This document shows positions 37,687-47,202 of a stretch of DNA of 64,000 nucleotides, piece by piece (position 1 is the stretch's first letter; the number at the start of each line of letters is the position of its first letter). The position numbers and the translations under genes were made by a program. The notes under the pieces were generated by a model. That model did no database searches and was not told where the DNA came from. It worked only from the letters and a program-made list of their open reading frames with translations. Origin of the DNA: Anaerolineales bacterium (GTDB lineage: Bacteria; Chloroflexota; Anaerolineae; Anaerolineales; UBA11579); NCBI GenBank assembly GCA_035458505.1, contig DATHZS010000073.1, positions 31,165-95,164 of the forward strand. Reading direction: 5' to 3'.

Positions 37687-39162
37687 ATGCCAATTTTCTC
37701 CCCCCGCAGATTCCAACACAGGTTCATGCCTGTTACGCGAGAAAACGAAACCTTTTCTGAGAAAACCTTAACCGCTGTCGAGGCAATGGTTAAAGGCATC
37801 TTGTTTGGATGCCGGATGTGCGGCAATTGTATTTTGCAGGAAACTGCTTACATCTGCCCAATGACCTGCCCCAAAGGTCTGCGAAATGGCCTGTGTGGTG
37901 GCGCGTCACCAGAACGATGCGAGGTAGACGCCACCCGCCCCTGCACCTGGTACAAGATCTACGAAAGGGCAGAAAAGATGGGCCGGCTGGACGCCCTGTT
38001 GGAAATCAATGCCCCGATTGACGGAAAACGGGCCGGAAAAGAGCAATGGTCTGAAGTGGTGCGCACCTGGAGGGAGGATGATAACAGTCCCAAATTCATT
38101 GAATTTGTCACTGACCGTGACAAATTCCAAAAGGACCTAGACAACTTTTTCTTTAGAATGCGCCAGCCGGATTGGTGGCAGGGAGATGCTGAATACCACC
38201 CTCCTCAAAATGAAGAACCCGTTTCTTTCCTGGAAGCAAGCCTGAGAAGTGGAGTATTCGTCACAACGGGAGAAATTGCTCCCCCGCTGGGCGCTTCCGG
38301 GGATATCATCCGTAAAAAGGGTGAAATGCTCCGAGACTATATCACGGCCGCCAATTTTACCGATAACGCCTCTGCCTCCGCGCGGATGAACAGCATGGCT
38401 TCCAGCAAAATTTCCATGGAAACCGGGGTTGAGCCTGTCATGCAGCTTCAGGCGAGAGATCGGAGCCGGGTGGTGATTGAATCGGATGCAATGGGTGCTG
38501 TGGGATTGGGGATTCATAATATCCTCTGCCTGAGCGGCGACCACCATTTCTTCGGCCCAGACCCAATGGCCCAGCCCAATCAATTTGATATGGATGCCAT
38601 ACAGGTGCTTTGGATGCTGCGGCGCATGCGAGACGAAAAGAAATATCTGGACGGGCGGTACATCAAAAATCCCCCCACGTTTTTCCTGGGAGCTGCCGGA
38701 TCTCCCTTTGGCGCACCGCCAAAATACGAAGCCATCCGGGCAGAAAAGAAAATCAATGCCGGGGCTCAATTCATGCAGACCCAGCCTATCTTCAATTATG
38801 AGAGATTCCTGGAATGGCTTGAAGCCCTGGACAAGCGAAATCTATTGGACAAAGTGTACCTGCTCCCAGGCATTATTCCTCTGAAAAGCGCCCAGGCAGC
38901 CCACTTCATGGCAGATGAAGTACCCGGTGTCTCTGTCCCAGCCTCTATTGTCAAACGGATGGACGAAGCCGGAGACAAAGATGGCCAGGCTGAAGAAGGT
39001 GTGCAGATCGCGTTGGAAATCATCGAGAAACTCAAAAACACTCCAGGCATTAACGGCATGCACGTCATGGCCGTCCACTGGGAAGCCATCGTACCCCGTT
39101 TGATTGAAGAATCAGGTGTTCCAAAGCCAAATAAAGAGCTCAGGAAACAGTTCGCCCATTAA
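37687..39162 (+). CDS. Methylenetetrahydrofolate reductase with fused N-terminal Cys-rich MetV-like domain
   Basis: The N-terminus (FGCRMCGNCILQETAYICPMTCPKGLRNGLCGG..CEVD..RPCTWY) matches the zinc-ribbon/FeS MetV-type domain. The C-terminal ~300 aa are a MetF-like TIM barrel (FVTTGEIAPP ... FTDNASA ... QLQARDR ... NILCLSGDH ... GAQFMQTQPIF). Confidence 0.7.
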   Translation: MPIFSPRRFQHRFMPVTRENETFSEKTLTAVEAMVKGILFGCRMCGNCILQETAYICPMTCPKGLRNGLCGGASPERCEVDATRPCTWYKIYERAEKMGRLDALLEINAPIDGKRAGKEQWSEVVRTWREDDNSPKFIEFVTDRDKFQKDLDNFFFRMRQPDWWQGDAEYHPPQNEEPVSFLEASLRSGVFVTTGEIAPPLGASGDIIRKKGEMLRDYITAANFTDNASASARMNSMASSKISMETGVEPVMQLQARDRSRVVIESDAMGAVGLGIHNILCLSGDHHFFGPDPMAQPNQFDMDAIQVLWMLRRMRDEKKYLDGRYIKNPPTFFLGAAGSPFGAPPKYEAIRAEKKINAGAQFMQTQPIFNYERFLEWLEALDKRNLLDKVYLLPGIIPLKSAQAAHFMADEVPGVSVPASIVKRMDEAGDKDGQAEEGVQIALEIIEKLKNTPGINGMHVMAVHWEAIVPRLIEESGVPKPNKELRKQFAH

Positions 39163-39270
39163 GCAATTTTGTCACTGACGGATAAGCATATCCACAAATA
39201 ATAAGGGAAGAGATACAATCTGTCCGTTGGTAACCCTAAACCATCTGACATCATTTCGAACGAGGAAACC

Positions 39271-40758
39271 ATGGCACAACCCGACCCGAAGAACGCTGCT
39301 GCCGCGCAACCCTTAATGCATATCCCAGTTTACAAGATTGCTGATGATGAAAGTATCGAGACCATTCATCAAACCTCTTTGACAATCCTGCAAGAGATCG
39401 GAATGGCCTTTTATGATGAACAGGCAAGAGATCTTCTTGCCGCGCATGGTGCCCGGGTCGAAGGGGAAATGGTCTATTTTCCACCGGAAATGGTGGATGA
39501 ATTTATCAGCAAGGCTCCCGCAGAATTCACCCAGATCAGCCGCAACCCCTCCAGAGCCGTCAAGATTGGAGGACGAAACACCGTTTTTGCTCCGGTGTAT
39601 GGCCCTCCTTTTGTCTATGATCTGAACGATGGCAGAAGGCCTGCCACCATAGAAGATTTTGAAAATTTTGTCAAATTAGCCTATCTCAGCCCTTACATTC
39701 ACCATTCCGGCGGAACCATCGTAGAACCAAACAACTTGCCGGAAACCTCACGCCATCTCGATATGCTCATGGCTCATATCCTCTACAGTGACAAGCCCTT
39801 TATGGGTTCCGTCACCTCTTCGGAAAACGCCCGGGACAGTATTGAGATGGTTCGGATATTGTTCGGTGAAGAAGAAATCTCCAAAAACCCGGCATTACTT
39901 TCACTGATCAATATCAACAGCCCCCGGCAATTCGACAAAGGTATGTTAAGAGTATTGAGGGAATATGCGCAGGCCAACCAGGCCACGATCATCACGCCAT
40001 TTATCCTCGCGGGGTTGATGAGTCCGCCCACAATTGCGGGAGCGCTGGCCCAACAAAATGCAGAAGTTCTCGCAGGGATTGTCTATGCACAGGCTGTTAA
40101 ACCCGGTGTGCCTGTTGTCTATGGGTCTTTCACGACCACCATCGATATGCAGAACGGTGCTCTGGTTATGGGGTCACCTGAGAGTCAAATCGCGCTCCTG
40201 GTTAGTGCCAGCCTGGCCCGCAAATACCACCTGCCTTTCCGGAGCGGAGGGATGTTTGCCAGTTCCAAACTGACCGATGCCCAGGCCGCCTACGAATCGG
40301 TGATGACGATGCTGCCTGCCATACTTGGCCAGGTCAATTTTGTTCTCCATGCGGCTGGTTGGCTGGAAAACGGCATGACTGCCGGCTATGAAAAATTCCT
40401 CCTGGATTGTGATCTATTAGGGGCTTTCCACACCCTGATGCGGGGCCTGGACGTCTCACCGGATAAGCTGGCAGTGGATACGATCCGTGAGGTTCCTCCT
40501 GGCGGGCATTACCTTGAAACCGAGCACACCATCCGTCACTTCAGAACGGCGTTTTACCGTCCACAATTGATGGATTACGTCGAATATGATCAATGGGAAG
40601 CACAGGGGAGTTTAGATGCTGCGCAAAGGGCCAATCAACGCCTTCAATTCTTGCTATCCAACTACCAGGCCCCCGAACTGGATCTGGAGCGTAAGGAGAT
40701 GCTGGAAGAATTTGTCCTCAGGCGGAAACAGGAATTAGAAACAAAGGTATTCAGTTAG
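39271..40758 (+). CDS. MttB-family (trimethylamine methyltransferase superfamily) methyltransferase, non-Pyl, paralog 1
   Basis: 495 aa with no internal stop. N-terminal DESIETIHQTSLTILQEIGM and C-terminal VPPGGHYLETEHTIRHFRTAFYRPQLMDY match the family pattern shared by all six paralogs. Confidence 0.75.
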   Translation: MAQPDPKNAAAAQPLMHIPVYKIADDESIETIHQTSLTILQEIGMAFYDEQARDLLAAHGARVEGEMVYFPPEMVDEFISKAPAEFTQISRNPSRAVKIGGRNTVFAPVYGPPFVYDLNDGRRPATIEDFENFVKLAYLSPYIHHSGGTIVEPNNLPETSRHLDMLMAHILYSDKPFMGSVTSSENARDSIEMVRILFGEEEISKNPALLSLININSPRQFDKGMLRVLREYAQANQATIITPFILAGLMSPPTIAGALAQQNAEVLAGIVYAQAVKPGVPVVYGSFTTTIDMQNGALVMGSPESQIALLVSASLARKYHLPFRSGGMFASSKLTDAQAAYESVMTMLPAILGQVNFVLHAAGWLENGMTAGYEKFLLDCDLLGAFHTLMRGLDVSPDKLAVDTIREVPPGGHYLETEHTIRHFRTAFYRPQLMDYVEYDQWEAQGSLDAAQRANQRLQFLLSNYQAPELDLERKEMLEEFVLRRKQELETKVFS

Positions 40759-40768
40759 CCAGGAAAGT

Positions 40769-42754
40769 TTACAACTTGGTCGTTAACTCCCCAATTGCCG
40801 TCACACGCACACGAAAGCTCTCGGCACCATCTGGAAGGATTTCTGTTTCCAGTTCCACCGTTTCTGCGCCAGCCAGTCTGGCTTGCTGATCGGCAGCTTC
40901 ACCCAGCCACCCGGAAGCATATTCCAAGGCTTCTTGTCCTGTGCCAAATATTTTTCGCCCTTGTTCTGATTGAAGAATGTACCCAACGGGGTAGCGATTT
41001 CGGATTTTCGGGTACACCCAGGCATCCTGATGAACAATCACCTTGCCCGCCACCGCACCAACCGCATTTGCCACCTCATAATGCGGCGGCAACAGCAGTT
41101 CGGTGTGCAGCAGTTCAGCAACTCGCGGGAGTAAAATCCCCGCCGGTGCGCCAATCCCTACAATCGGCATTTTAAGCCCAAGCTCACTGCGCAAATAGGG
41201 GTTTTTCCGGTAAAGGTTTTCCTCAAAAAGCCAGGCCCCCAGGCTGCGAACAGGTGCATACTCCGGCATCCGGTCCACACCCTGTCCTGTGATATACCTG
41301 ACAACCTCTTCCACGATGAGTTCCGCGATCCTCTCTCTCATCTGATGGATCAAACCCTCAACGTCAATCTGCATCAGCAAGGCAAATTTTTCAGCAGCCA
41401 TCCGAGCAGCTTCAACTACCCAGGGCGAAAATTCCCCGCTCAAGTGAAAGAGATCAGAGGGGGTTAGCGCAGCCCGTCCAACAATTTCTTCCCTGATCAG
41501 GGTCCCGCTGTCCAACTGCATCGGATGCATCACTTCCATCCTTTTGAGGATCACAGGTAATGGAAGCGGACCATCCTCCAGGATGGCAAGAACTCGCATG
41601 CTTCGATCGTTGTTGATCAAACGTGTTGGTTTACGCAGCAAAAACCAGTATTCAAAGTGGTCGATCGTAGGCCGCTGGGCAAATATGGCGGTGGTGAGAG
41701 ATTTCATTTGGTCCAGGACTGCCGGGTACCGGGAAGCCAGATAAGCCAAAGGAACAACCCGTTCAGGACCAATCTTCAACTCATTTTCCATATCCAGGCG
41801 CAGGAAGCTGTCGCCACCCAGGCCAATCGAACGGACATCTGCTGCCCGTACTGCGGTGTGGAACTCACCCACCGTGGTACCTGAGTCATTGATCTTCAAC
41901 CTGCCACGATCGAGAAGAGCGATATCTGTCGTGGTACCGCCAATATCTATCACCAGCGCCTTATCTACACCTGCCAGGAATCTGGCACCAATCGCACTCG
42001 CCGCCGGTCCAGAATGGACTGTCTCCACCGGGTGAGCCTTGACCTGGCTGGTCTTCATCAGCGATCCATCGCTGTGTACAACCATCAAAGGAGCCTGCAC
42101 CCCCCGGGCAGAGAGCGCTCCTTCGATCGAGGAAATGAATTCCTGCAGGATCGACAGCAGCGAAGCATTCAATGCTGCCGTGGTAGCCCTTTGGATCGAA
42201 TTGAGCTTGCTCGAGAGCTGGTGCCCCATCACCACTGGCTTACCCGTCTCCCTTAGAATTTCCTCCGCTGCCGCCTCCTCATGGGAGATATTAAAGGGGC
42301 TGAAATACCCTGAGATTGAAAAGGCTTCAATCTCAGGGCTCACATCCCGGGCTGTCTTGATAATACCTGAGAGGTCTAAAGGTGCCTGGGCTTCTCCGGT
42401 GAGGGTATGCCCACCCTTAAAGTAATAGTATTTTGGAGTGGCAAAACTGCCCTCAAAGTGGAAGTGCCTTACCAGTTCAGGATCATACCCAAGCAGGAAC
42501 AAAGCGACCGGGCGGCCTTTCCCTTCGGCAATCGCATTCGTCGCCAATGTGGTTGAGATCGAAACCAGCTTGATTCGCTCGCGTTGCGCTGGGAGCAGCG
42601 CATCCAGTGCATTCAGGATCCCTTCAGAGAGGTCTGGTTTTGTTGTAAGTGTCTTAGTGGTTTTGATCACTTCCTGGGTTTTAATATCAAGCAGCACCCC
42701 GTCCGTATAAGTCCCCCCGGTATCAATTCCCAAGACAAAATTTTGGCCGCTCAT
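40769..42754 (-). CDS. Hydantoinase/oxoprolinase A-like ASKHA-fold protein, paralog 1
   Basis: VLGIDTGGTYTDGVLLD (hydantoinase N-terminal phosphate-1 motif), VIDIGGTTTDIALL, GLGGDSFLRLD...KIGPERV and C-terminal IVGIGAPAG...VANAVGAVAG. No HyuB partner is in the window. Confidence 0.65.
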   Translation of the reverse strand: MSGQNFVLGIDTGGTYTDGVLLDIKTQEVIKTTKTLTTKPDLSEGILNALDALLPAQRERIKLVSISTTLATNAIAEGKGRPVALFLLGYDPELVRHFHFEGSFATPKYYYFKGGHTLTGEAQAPLDLSGIIKTARDVSPEIEAFSISGYFSPFNISHEEAAAEEILRETGKPVVMGHQLSSKLNSIQRATTAALNASLLSILQEFISSIEGALSARGVQAPLMVVHSDGSLMKTSQVKAHPVETVHSGPAASAIGARFLAGVDKALVIDIGGTTTDIALLDRGRLKINDSGTTVGEFHTAVRAADVRSIGLGGDSFLRLDMENELKIGPERVVPLAYLASRYPAVLDQMKSLTTAIFAQRPTIDHFEYWFLLRKPTRLINNDRSMRVLAILEDGPLPLPVILKRMEVMHPMQLDSGTLIREEIVGRAALTPSDLFHLSGEFSPWVVEAARMAAEKFALLMQIDVEGLIHQMRERIAELIVEEVVRYITGQGVDRMPEYAPVRSLGAWLFEENLYRKNPYLRSELGLKMPIVGIGAPAGILLPRVAELLHTELLLPPHYEVANAVGAVAGKVIVHQDAWVYPKIRNRYPVGYILQSEQGRKIFGTGQEALEYASGWLGEAADQQARLAGAETVELETEILPDGAESFRVRVTAIGELTTKL

Positions 42755-42783
42755 GGTTGAATATAAATTTCCCCTGGGGGACC

Positions 42784-44373
42784 CTAACTGCCCTGCTCAT
42801 CATCTAAGAAGGGGAAACCCATGCTCTCAACATACAACATCACAAAATTCGGGTCCTGGTCAAGATCTACCTGCCGTGCTTTTTGCGCGATCCTCACGCC
42901 CAATTCAAACCCTTCCTTGGTTAAGAATTTGGCTGCGCCTAATCCGGCGCCATTGGCAACTGTCTCGACTTTGTTGCGTGGGATATTCGGGATCATGCCA
43001 ATCTGCATCGTGGCATGAATGTCTACCTGCCCGCCAAAAGAACCAGTCAGCAAGATTTTATCAAGGTCGGCGGGGGTGAGCCCCAACTGCTGCATGAGGG
43101 TGTCCACTGCGGCCCGGATAGCCCCTTTGGCCTTCTGGAGCTCCCTGATATCCCATTGGGTCAGGGCAATATGACCCTGATCATCCAGACGAATGGCAGG
43201 CGCTCCTCTTTCCCCTATGAAGATTCTATCCTTCATAATCGGAGGGTTCTGATTGATTCGCCCGCTCTTCTCAATCAGACCGTATTTTACAAGCTCATAG
43301 ACCGCCGATAGCAGCCCTGATCCTGTCAGGCCAATCGGTGGCTCGTCATTGATGGTATTAAAGACAAAGTCCTCTCCTTCAACCTTTGCCTGCACGACTG
43401 CACCATCGACTGCCCTGGACCCGCATGAGATATTGACACCTTCAAAAGCCGGCCCGGCCGCTGTCGAGGCAGTCAGGATCTGGCTGCCGTCTGTGACCAG
43501 CACCTCTCCATTTGTGCCAAGATCAATTGCCACCATCGGGCCGGAAGGCTGATCAAATCCAAACTCAACCAGACAAGCCAAAGCATCTGACCCCACGAAT
43601 CCGCCGATTAGCGGCGGCAGCGACACCTGCATGGATTCCGGGAAGATGTTGTCCATGATTGGCGAGGCATCATAGATCGGATCACTTTGGTAAGGTTGGA
43701 ACGGCATTGCTCCCAGGCTGTTGACCGGGAGCTTGGCGATCAAATGGTGCATCGCCACATTCCCCACAATCGTGACGCGTGTGATGCGGTCGTAGAACCG
43801 TTTTCCAAGTTTCAGTGAATCAACCGCCTGGTTGATCGAAGCCAGGGCCAGTTTATGCAAGCGTTCAGTGTTTTTCGGGTTATCCAAGACAGCCCCAACC
43901 CGGGAGATGACATCCGCTCCAAAGGTGGTTTGCTGGTTCAGGGTGGCCGCTCCGGCACAAACTTCGCCTGTCGTCAGGTTGGTCAGGAAGGCTGCCACCG
44001 TGGTGGAACCCAAATCGATTGCCAACCCCAGCGGATCGTCCGTCCGCTTATAGGATGAGGAGCCGCGAAAACTTTTATTCGAATAAACGACAATGTGCGA
44101 GAGAATGATGCGGGCATCGTCTACCGCTTTTGCGCGGCAGGCAAGGCGTGTGTTCAGCGCCAGTTCTCCCGCCGTGAGGTGTTCTTCCTCAACTGCATCC
44201 GGAGGAATACTGCCTTCTTCAATGATCACCTTGCATTTACCGCAAGTGCCGCGTCCGGCACACGGTTGTTCAATTGGCAAACCAGTTTCCTGGATGGCAT
44301 CACCAATCAAGGTATCCGGGGAAACGGTGATATTCTTTTCTTCAGTTCCGTAAACGATTGTTAATTTTGGCAT
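42784..44373 (-). CDS. RACo-type corrinoid reductive activase (N-terminal 2Fe-2S ferredoxin + ASKHA ATPase)
   Basis: Plant-type ferredoxin cysteines (CAGRGTCGKCKV...RLACRA). ASKHA motifs follow (LAIDLGSTTVAAFL, VAIDLGTNGEVLV). Its length of ~530 aa is typical of corrinoid activation/regeneration proteins. Confidence 0.75.
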   Translation of the reverse strand: MPKLTIVYGTEEKNITVSPDTLIGDAIQETGLPIEQPCAGRGTCGKCKVIIEEGSIPPDAVEEEHLTAGELALNTRLACRAKAVDDARIILSHIVVYSNKSFRGSSSYKRTDDPLGLAIDLGSTTVAAFLTNLTTGEVCAGAATLNQQTTFGADVISRVGAVLDNPKNTERLHKLALASINQAVDSLKLGKRFYDRITRVTIVGNVAMHHLIAKLPVNSLGAMPFQPYQSDPIYDASPIMDNIFPESMQVSLPPLIGGFVGSDALACLVEFGFDQPSGPMVAIDLGTNGEVLVTDGSQILTASTAAGPAFEGVNISCGSRAVDGAVVQAKVEGEDFVFNTINDEPPIGLTGSGLLSAVYELVKYGLIEKSGRINQNPPIMKDRIFIGERGAPAIRLDDQGHIALTQWDIRELQKAKGAIRAAVDTLMQQLGLTPADLDKILLTGSFGGQVDIHATMQIGMIPNIPRNKVETVANGAGLGAAKFLTKEGFELGVRIAQKARQVDLDQDPNFVMLYVESMGFPFLDDEQGS

Positions 44374-44391
44374 AATTGAGTTCCCAATTGA

Positions 44392-45036
44392 TTAGTTTTC
44401 GATCAGCTTTTGCACCTTGAGATAAAAGCCCTGGACATGCTCTTTCATTCTGATTTCTGCCGCCTGGCTGTCCCCGCTGCGGATACTCTCGACCAGCCTG
44501 ACGTGCTCATGCACTGCCGAAGAGAGGAATTCCAATTTGGGCAAGGCCAGGTACCACAAACGCTGAGAAAGCCCAAAATATTTTTCCAGCGAATGGGCCA
44601 GATAATGGTTTCCGGAGGCCTTCGCAATCGCCTGGTGGAGTTTATGATCAAGATCAAACCAGGCCTCCTTGTCATCTGCCTTGATTTTTGACTGCTCCAG
44701 AACAAGGGCATCCATCACCAATAAATGATCAGCCGTGGCTCTTTGCGCGGCCAAACCCGCTGCCTGACTTTCCAGCCCGACACGCACCTCACTCAACATC
44801 TTCAAATCCTTCGGATCCAAATCTGCCACATACAAGCCGCCTTGCCGAGAGACAACCACAAGCTGATCGTGGACCAGCAGTTTCAGCGCTTCCCGGATGG
44901 GGGTGCTTCCCAGTCCAAAGATAGAAGAAAGTTCAGATTCATTGATCGCTGCACCGGGTTTGAGGGCGAGCGTATTGATCTGCTCCCTGAGTAACTGGTA
45001 TGCTTCCTGAGTATCTACGCCAATAAGATCCATCAT
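44392..45036 (-). CDS. GntR family transcriptional regulator (FadR/FCD subfamily), copy 1
   Basis: Winged HTH region (LKPGAAINESELSSIFGLGSTPIREALKLLVHDQLVV) followed by a helical FCD-like domain. The start is set to ATG 45036, preceded by GAGAGGAAAAA; the track ORF is longer. Confidence 0.75.
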   Translation of the reverse strand: MMDLIGVDTQEAYQLLREQINTLALKPGAAINESELSSIFGLGSTPIREALKLLVHDQLVVVSRQGGLYVADLDPKDLKMLSEVRVGLESQAAGLAAQRATADHLLVMDALVLEQSKIKADDKEAWFDLDHKLHQAIAKASGNHYLAHSLEKYFGLSQRLWYLALPKLEFLSSAVHEHVRLVESIRSGDSQAAEIRMKEHVQGFYLKVQKLIEN

Positions 45037-45055
45037 TTTTTCCTCTCTGGGGCTA

Positions 45056-47050
45056 TTATCCCGACAGGCGCGGGTTGCCGAATGCCTTTGCCCGAATTCT
45101 GTAGGTATCGAGACCATCTGAGGTTTCTTCAACCACCACCTGAGGTTGATCGGCACCCGACCGAAGCGCCGCATTCAGCGCAATTTCTCGGCAGGTTTCC
45201 TTGGCAGTAATCAGCGCGGTCTGCAATTCCTCAAACTCCAGCCGCTTACTGCTGGTTTGCACATAATACCCCAGCACGTCCAGACCTGTTCTGTCCAGCT
45301 TCGGGTAAATCAGAATTTCTTCCTCGACCATAATGCTCCCGGCAATTGCACCAACCGCATTGGCCACCTGATAATGATTGGGTAATACCAGCTCTACGTG
45401 CAGAATTTCGGACACTTTTTGCAGGAACATGCTGGCCGGCCCACCAATGCCAATGACCGGATACGACAGGACAAAGTTTGTATTAAGGTGAGGATGGTCT
45501 CGGGTTGCTGCATTTTTAAAAAACCAGGAATCCGCCGAGGATTTTTCCTGCTCGGGCAAGGTTTGTCCAGTAAGGAATTCAATCGTTGCCTTCAGGATCT
45601 TCTCTGTGACAGTTTGCCAGATCATGGCCTGGACCTCTTCTGGTTCTTTGAACAGGTAGTGGCTGAATGCCTTCAGGGCCATCTCGGAAGTTTCTGCATC
45701 CCAGGCGACAAATCGCTCATCACAATGCAGCAGGTCCGTTGGAGTAAACCCGGCCTTACCAAAAAATTCCTGCCTTAATAATTCCTCCGCACCAAGCTGC
45801 GATGGATGGAAAACCGACATTTTTTTCAGCAGGTCTGGCAAAGCGTGGGGCCCGTTTTGCAAAATCTGCAACAATTGCTTGTGCTTTGGGTTCTTCGATA
45901 AATCTTCATCCCCCGGCTCCCGGATCAGATACCAGTACTCCAGCCAATCTGGGGAGGACTGCTCCCAGGTTCGGCGGATGAGGGAACGGATCTGGCTTTT
46001 GACGATCGGATGTTGTTCTGCCAGATATGCCAGCGGGACGACCCGCTCCGGGCCGACCACAATATTCCCGTCCCGATTGATGCGAATTTGGCTGTCTCCA
46101 CCTAATCCAATCGAGAGCAGGTCGGCTGCCTTGACAGAAGTTGCATACCCCCCTACCGAGGCTCCTTCCTCACTGATTGTTACCGCTCCATCCATAATCA
46201 AAGCCAGGTCGGTAGTTGTTCCTCCCACATCGACAACAAAAGCATTGTCTATCTGAGACAAGAATCTCCCACCGATGGCACTTGCGGCTGGCCCAGAATG
46301 GATCGTCTCCACAGGAGTTCGGGCAGCAAATTCATCGCTCATCAAGGTGCCATCTCCGCGGACCACCATCAGTGGTGCAACAATCTTGCGCTTTTCCATG
46401 GCACGCTTGACAGCAATAATGAACGTTTGCAGCACAGCCAGCAGCGAAGCGTTCAGGGCTGCTGTGGTGGCGCGCTCCACCGACCCAAGTTTGGTAGACA
46501 GTTGATGCCCAAGGACGATCGGCAGGTTGCATACTCCCGAAATCGCCTCATAAGCCCGGTTTTCATGCTCAGGATTCAGCGGGGAAAAATAACTGGAAAC
46601 TGCGATCGCATCCACCTCATGTTTGATCTGAGCAGTTTTTTCCAGGATGCCTTTAAGATCCAATGCTTGCTTTTCCTGTCCATACAGGTTATGACCACCC
46701 TGAAAATAATAATGAAAGGGGGTGGCAAATTGATGAGCCATCTTAAAGTTCTCGATCAATTCCCGGTCATACCCAACCAGGAACAAGGCCACCCGTTTAC
46801 CTTTCCCCTCTGCGATGGCATTCGTCGCCAGCGTGGTAGACACCGAGACCATTTTTATCAGGGAAGGATCTTCGATCTGGATCCCGGCAATCACATTCTC
46901 GATGCCAATTGCAAAATCGCGTTTGGTTGTCAGGCTTTTTTGCGTTGCAAGGACTTGATGAGAATCGTAGTCCAGGAGTACACCATCGGTGAATGTCCCC
47001 CCGGTATCAATCCCCAGCACAAGGTTCTGGTGCTTGTTTGTATCAGTCAA
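45056..47050 (-). CDS. Hydantoinase/oxoprolinase A-like ASKHA-fold protein, paralog 2
   Basis: It is collinear with paralog 1 along its full length (LVLGIDTGGTFTDGVLLD, STTLATNAIAEGKGKRVALFLVGYD, VVDVGGTTTDLALI, VANAVGAIAG). By eye the two share roughly half or more of their residues. Confidence 0.65.
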   Translation of the reverse strand: MTDTNKHQNLVLGIDTGGTFTDGVLLDYDSHQVLATQKSLTTKRDFAIGIENVIAGIQIEDPSLIKMVSVSTTLATNAIAEGKGKRVALFLVGYDRELIENFKMAHQFATPFHYYFQGGHNLYGQEKQALDLKGILEKTAQIKHEVDAIAVSSYFSPLNPEHENRAYEAISGVCNLPIVLGHQLSTKLGSVERATTAALNASLLAVLQTFIIAVKRAMEKRKIVAPLMVVRGDGTLMSDEFAARTPVETIHSGPAASAIGGRFLSQIDNAFVVDVGGTTTDLALIMDGAVTISEEGASVGGYATSVKAADLLSIGLGGDSQIRINRDGNIVVGPERVVPLAYLAEQHPIVKSQIRSLIRRTWEQSSPDWLEYWYLIREPGDEDLSKNPKHKQLLQILQNGPHALPDLLKKMSVFHPSQLGAEELLRQEFFGKAGFTPTDLLHCDERFVAWDAETSEMALKAFSHYLFKEPEEVQAMIWQTVTEKILKATIEFLTGQTLPEQEKSSADSWFFKNAATRDHPHLNTNFVLSYPVIGIGGPASMFLQKVSEILHVELVLPNHYQVANAVGAIAGSIMVEEEILIYPKLDRTGLDVLGYYVQTSSKRLEFEELQTALITAKETCREIALNAALRSGADQPQVVVEETSDGLDTYRIRAKAFGNPRLSG

Positions 47051-47110
47051 GGCATCCCTCAGCGAATACAGTATCGACCATCATGATCGTCTGACTTTCT
47101 CTGAATGTCC

Positions 47111-47146
47111 GAAAGCAGGGATACTGAATTTGGTATCCCTGCTTTC
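47111..47146 (-). other. Perfect 14-bp intercistronic hairpin (no U-tract)
   Basis: GAAAGCAGGGATAC-TGAATTTG-GTATCCCTGCTTTC, in the 152-nt gap between the MttB paralog 2 stop and the hydantoinase-like paralog 2 start. Confidence 0.5.
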
Positions 47147-47202
47147 CCTGTCCTATTGCAGTCGTCCGCTTTGGTCATACTCGGACAATTTTTTAGAGCA
47201 GA

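Noticed and set aside
40769-47050. Bona fide hydantoinase / 5-oxoprolinase (HyuA-HyuB) pathway
   Set aside because: Only A-type subunits are present, twice. No B-type subunit is in the window. The genes are embedded among the corrinoid activase and regulator genes, so a classical hydantoin or oxoproline function is not assumed.
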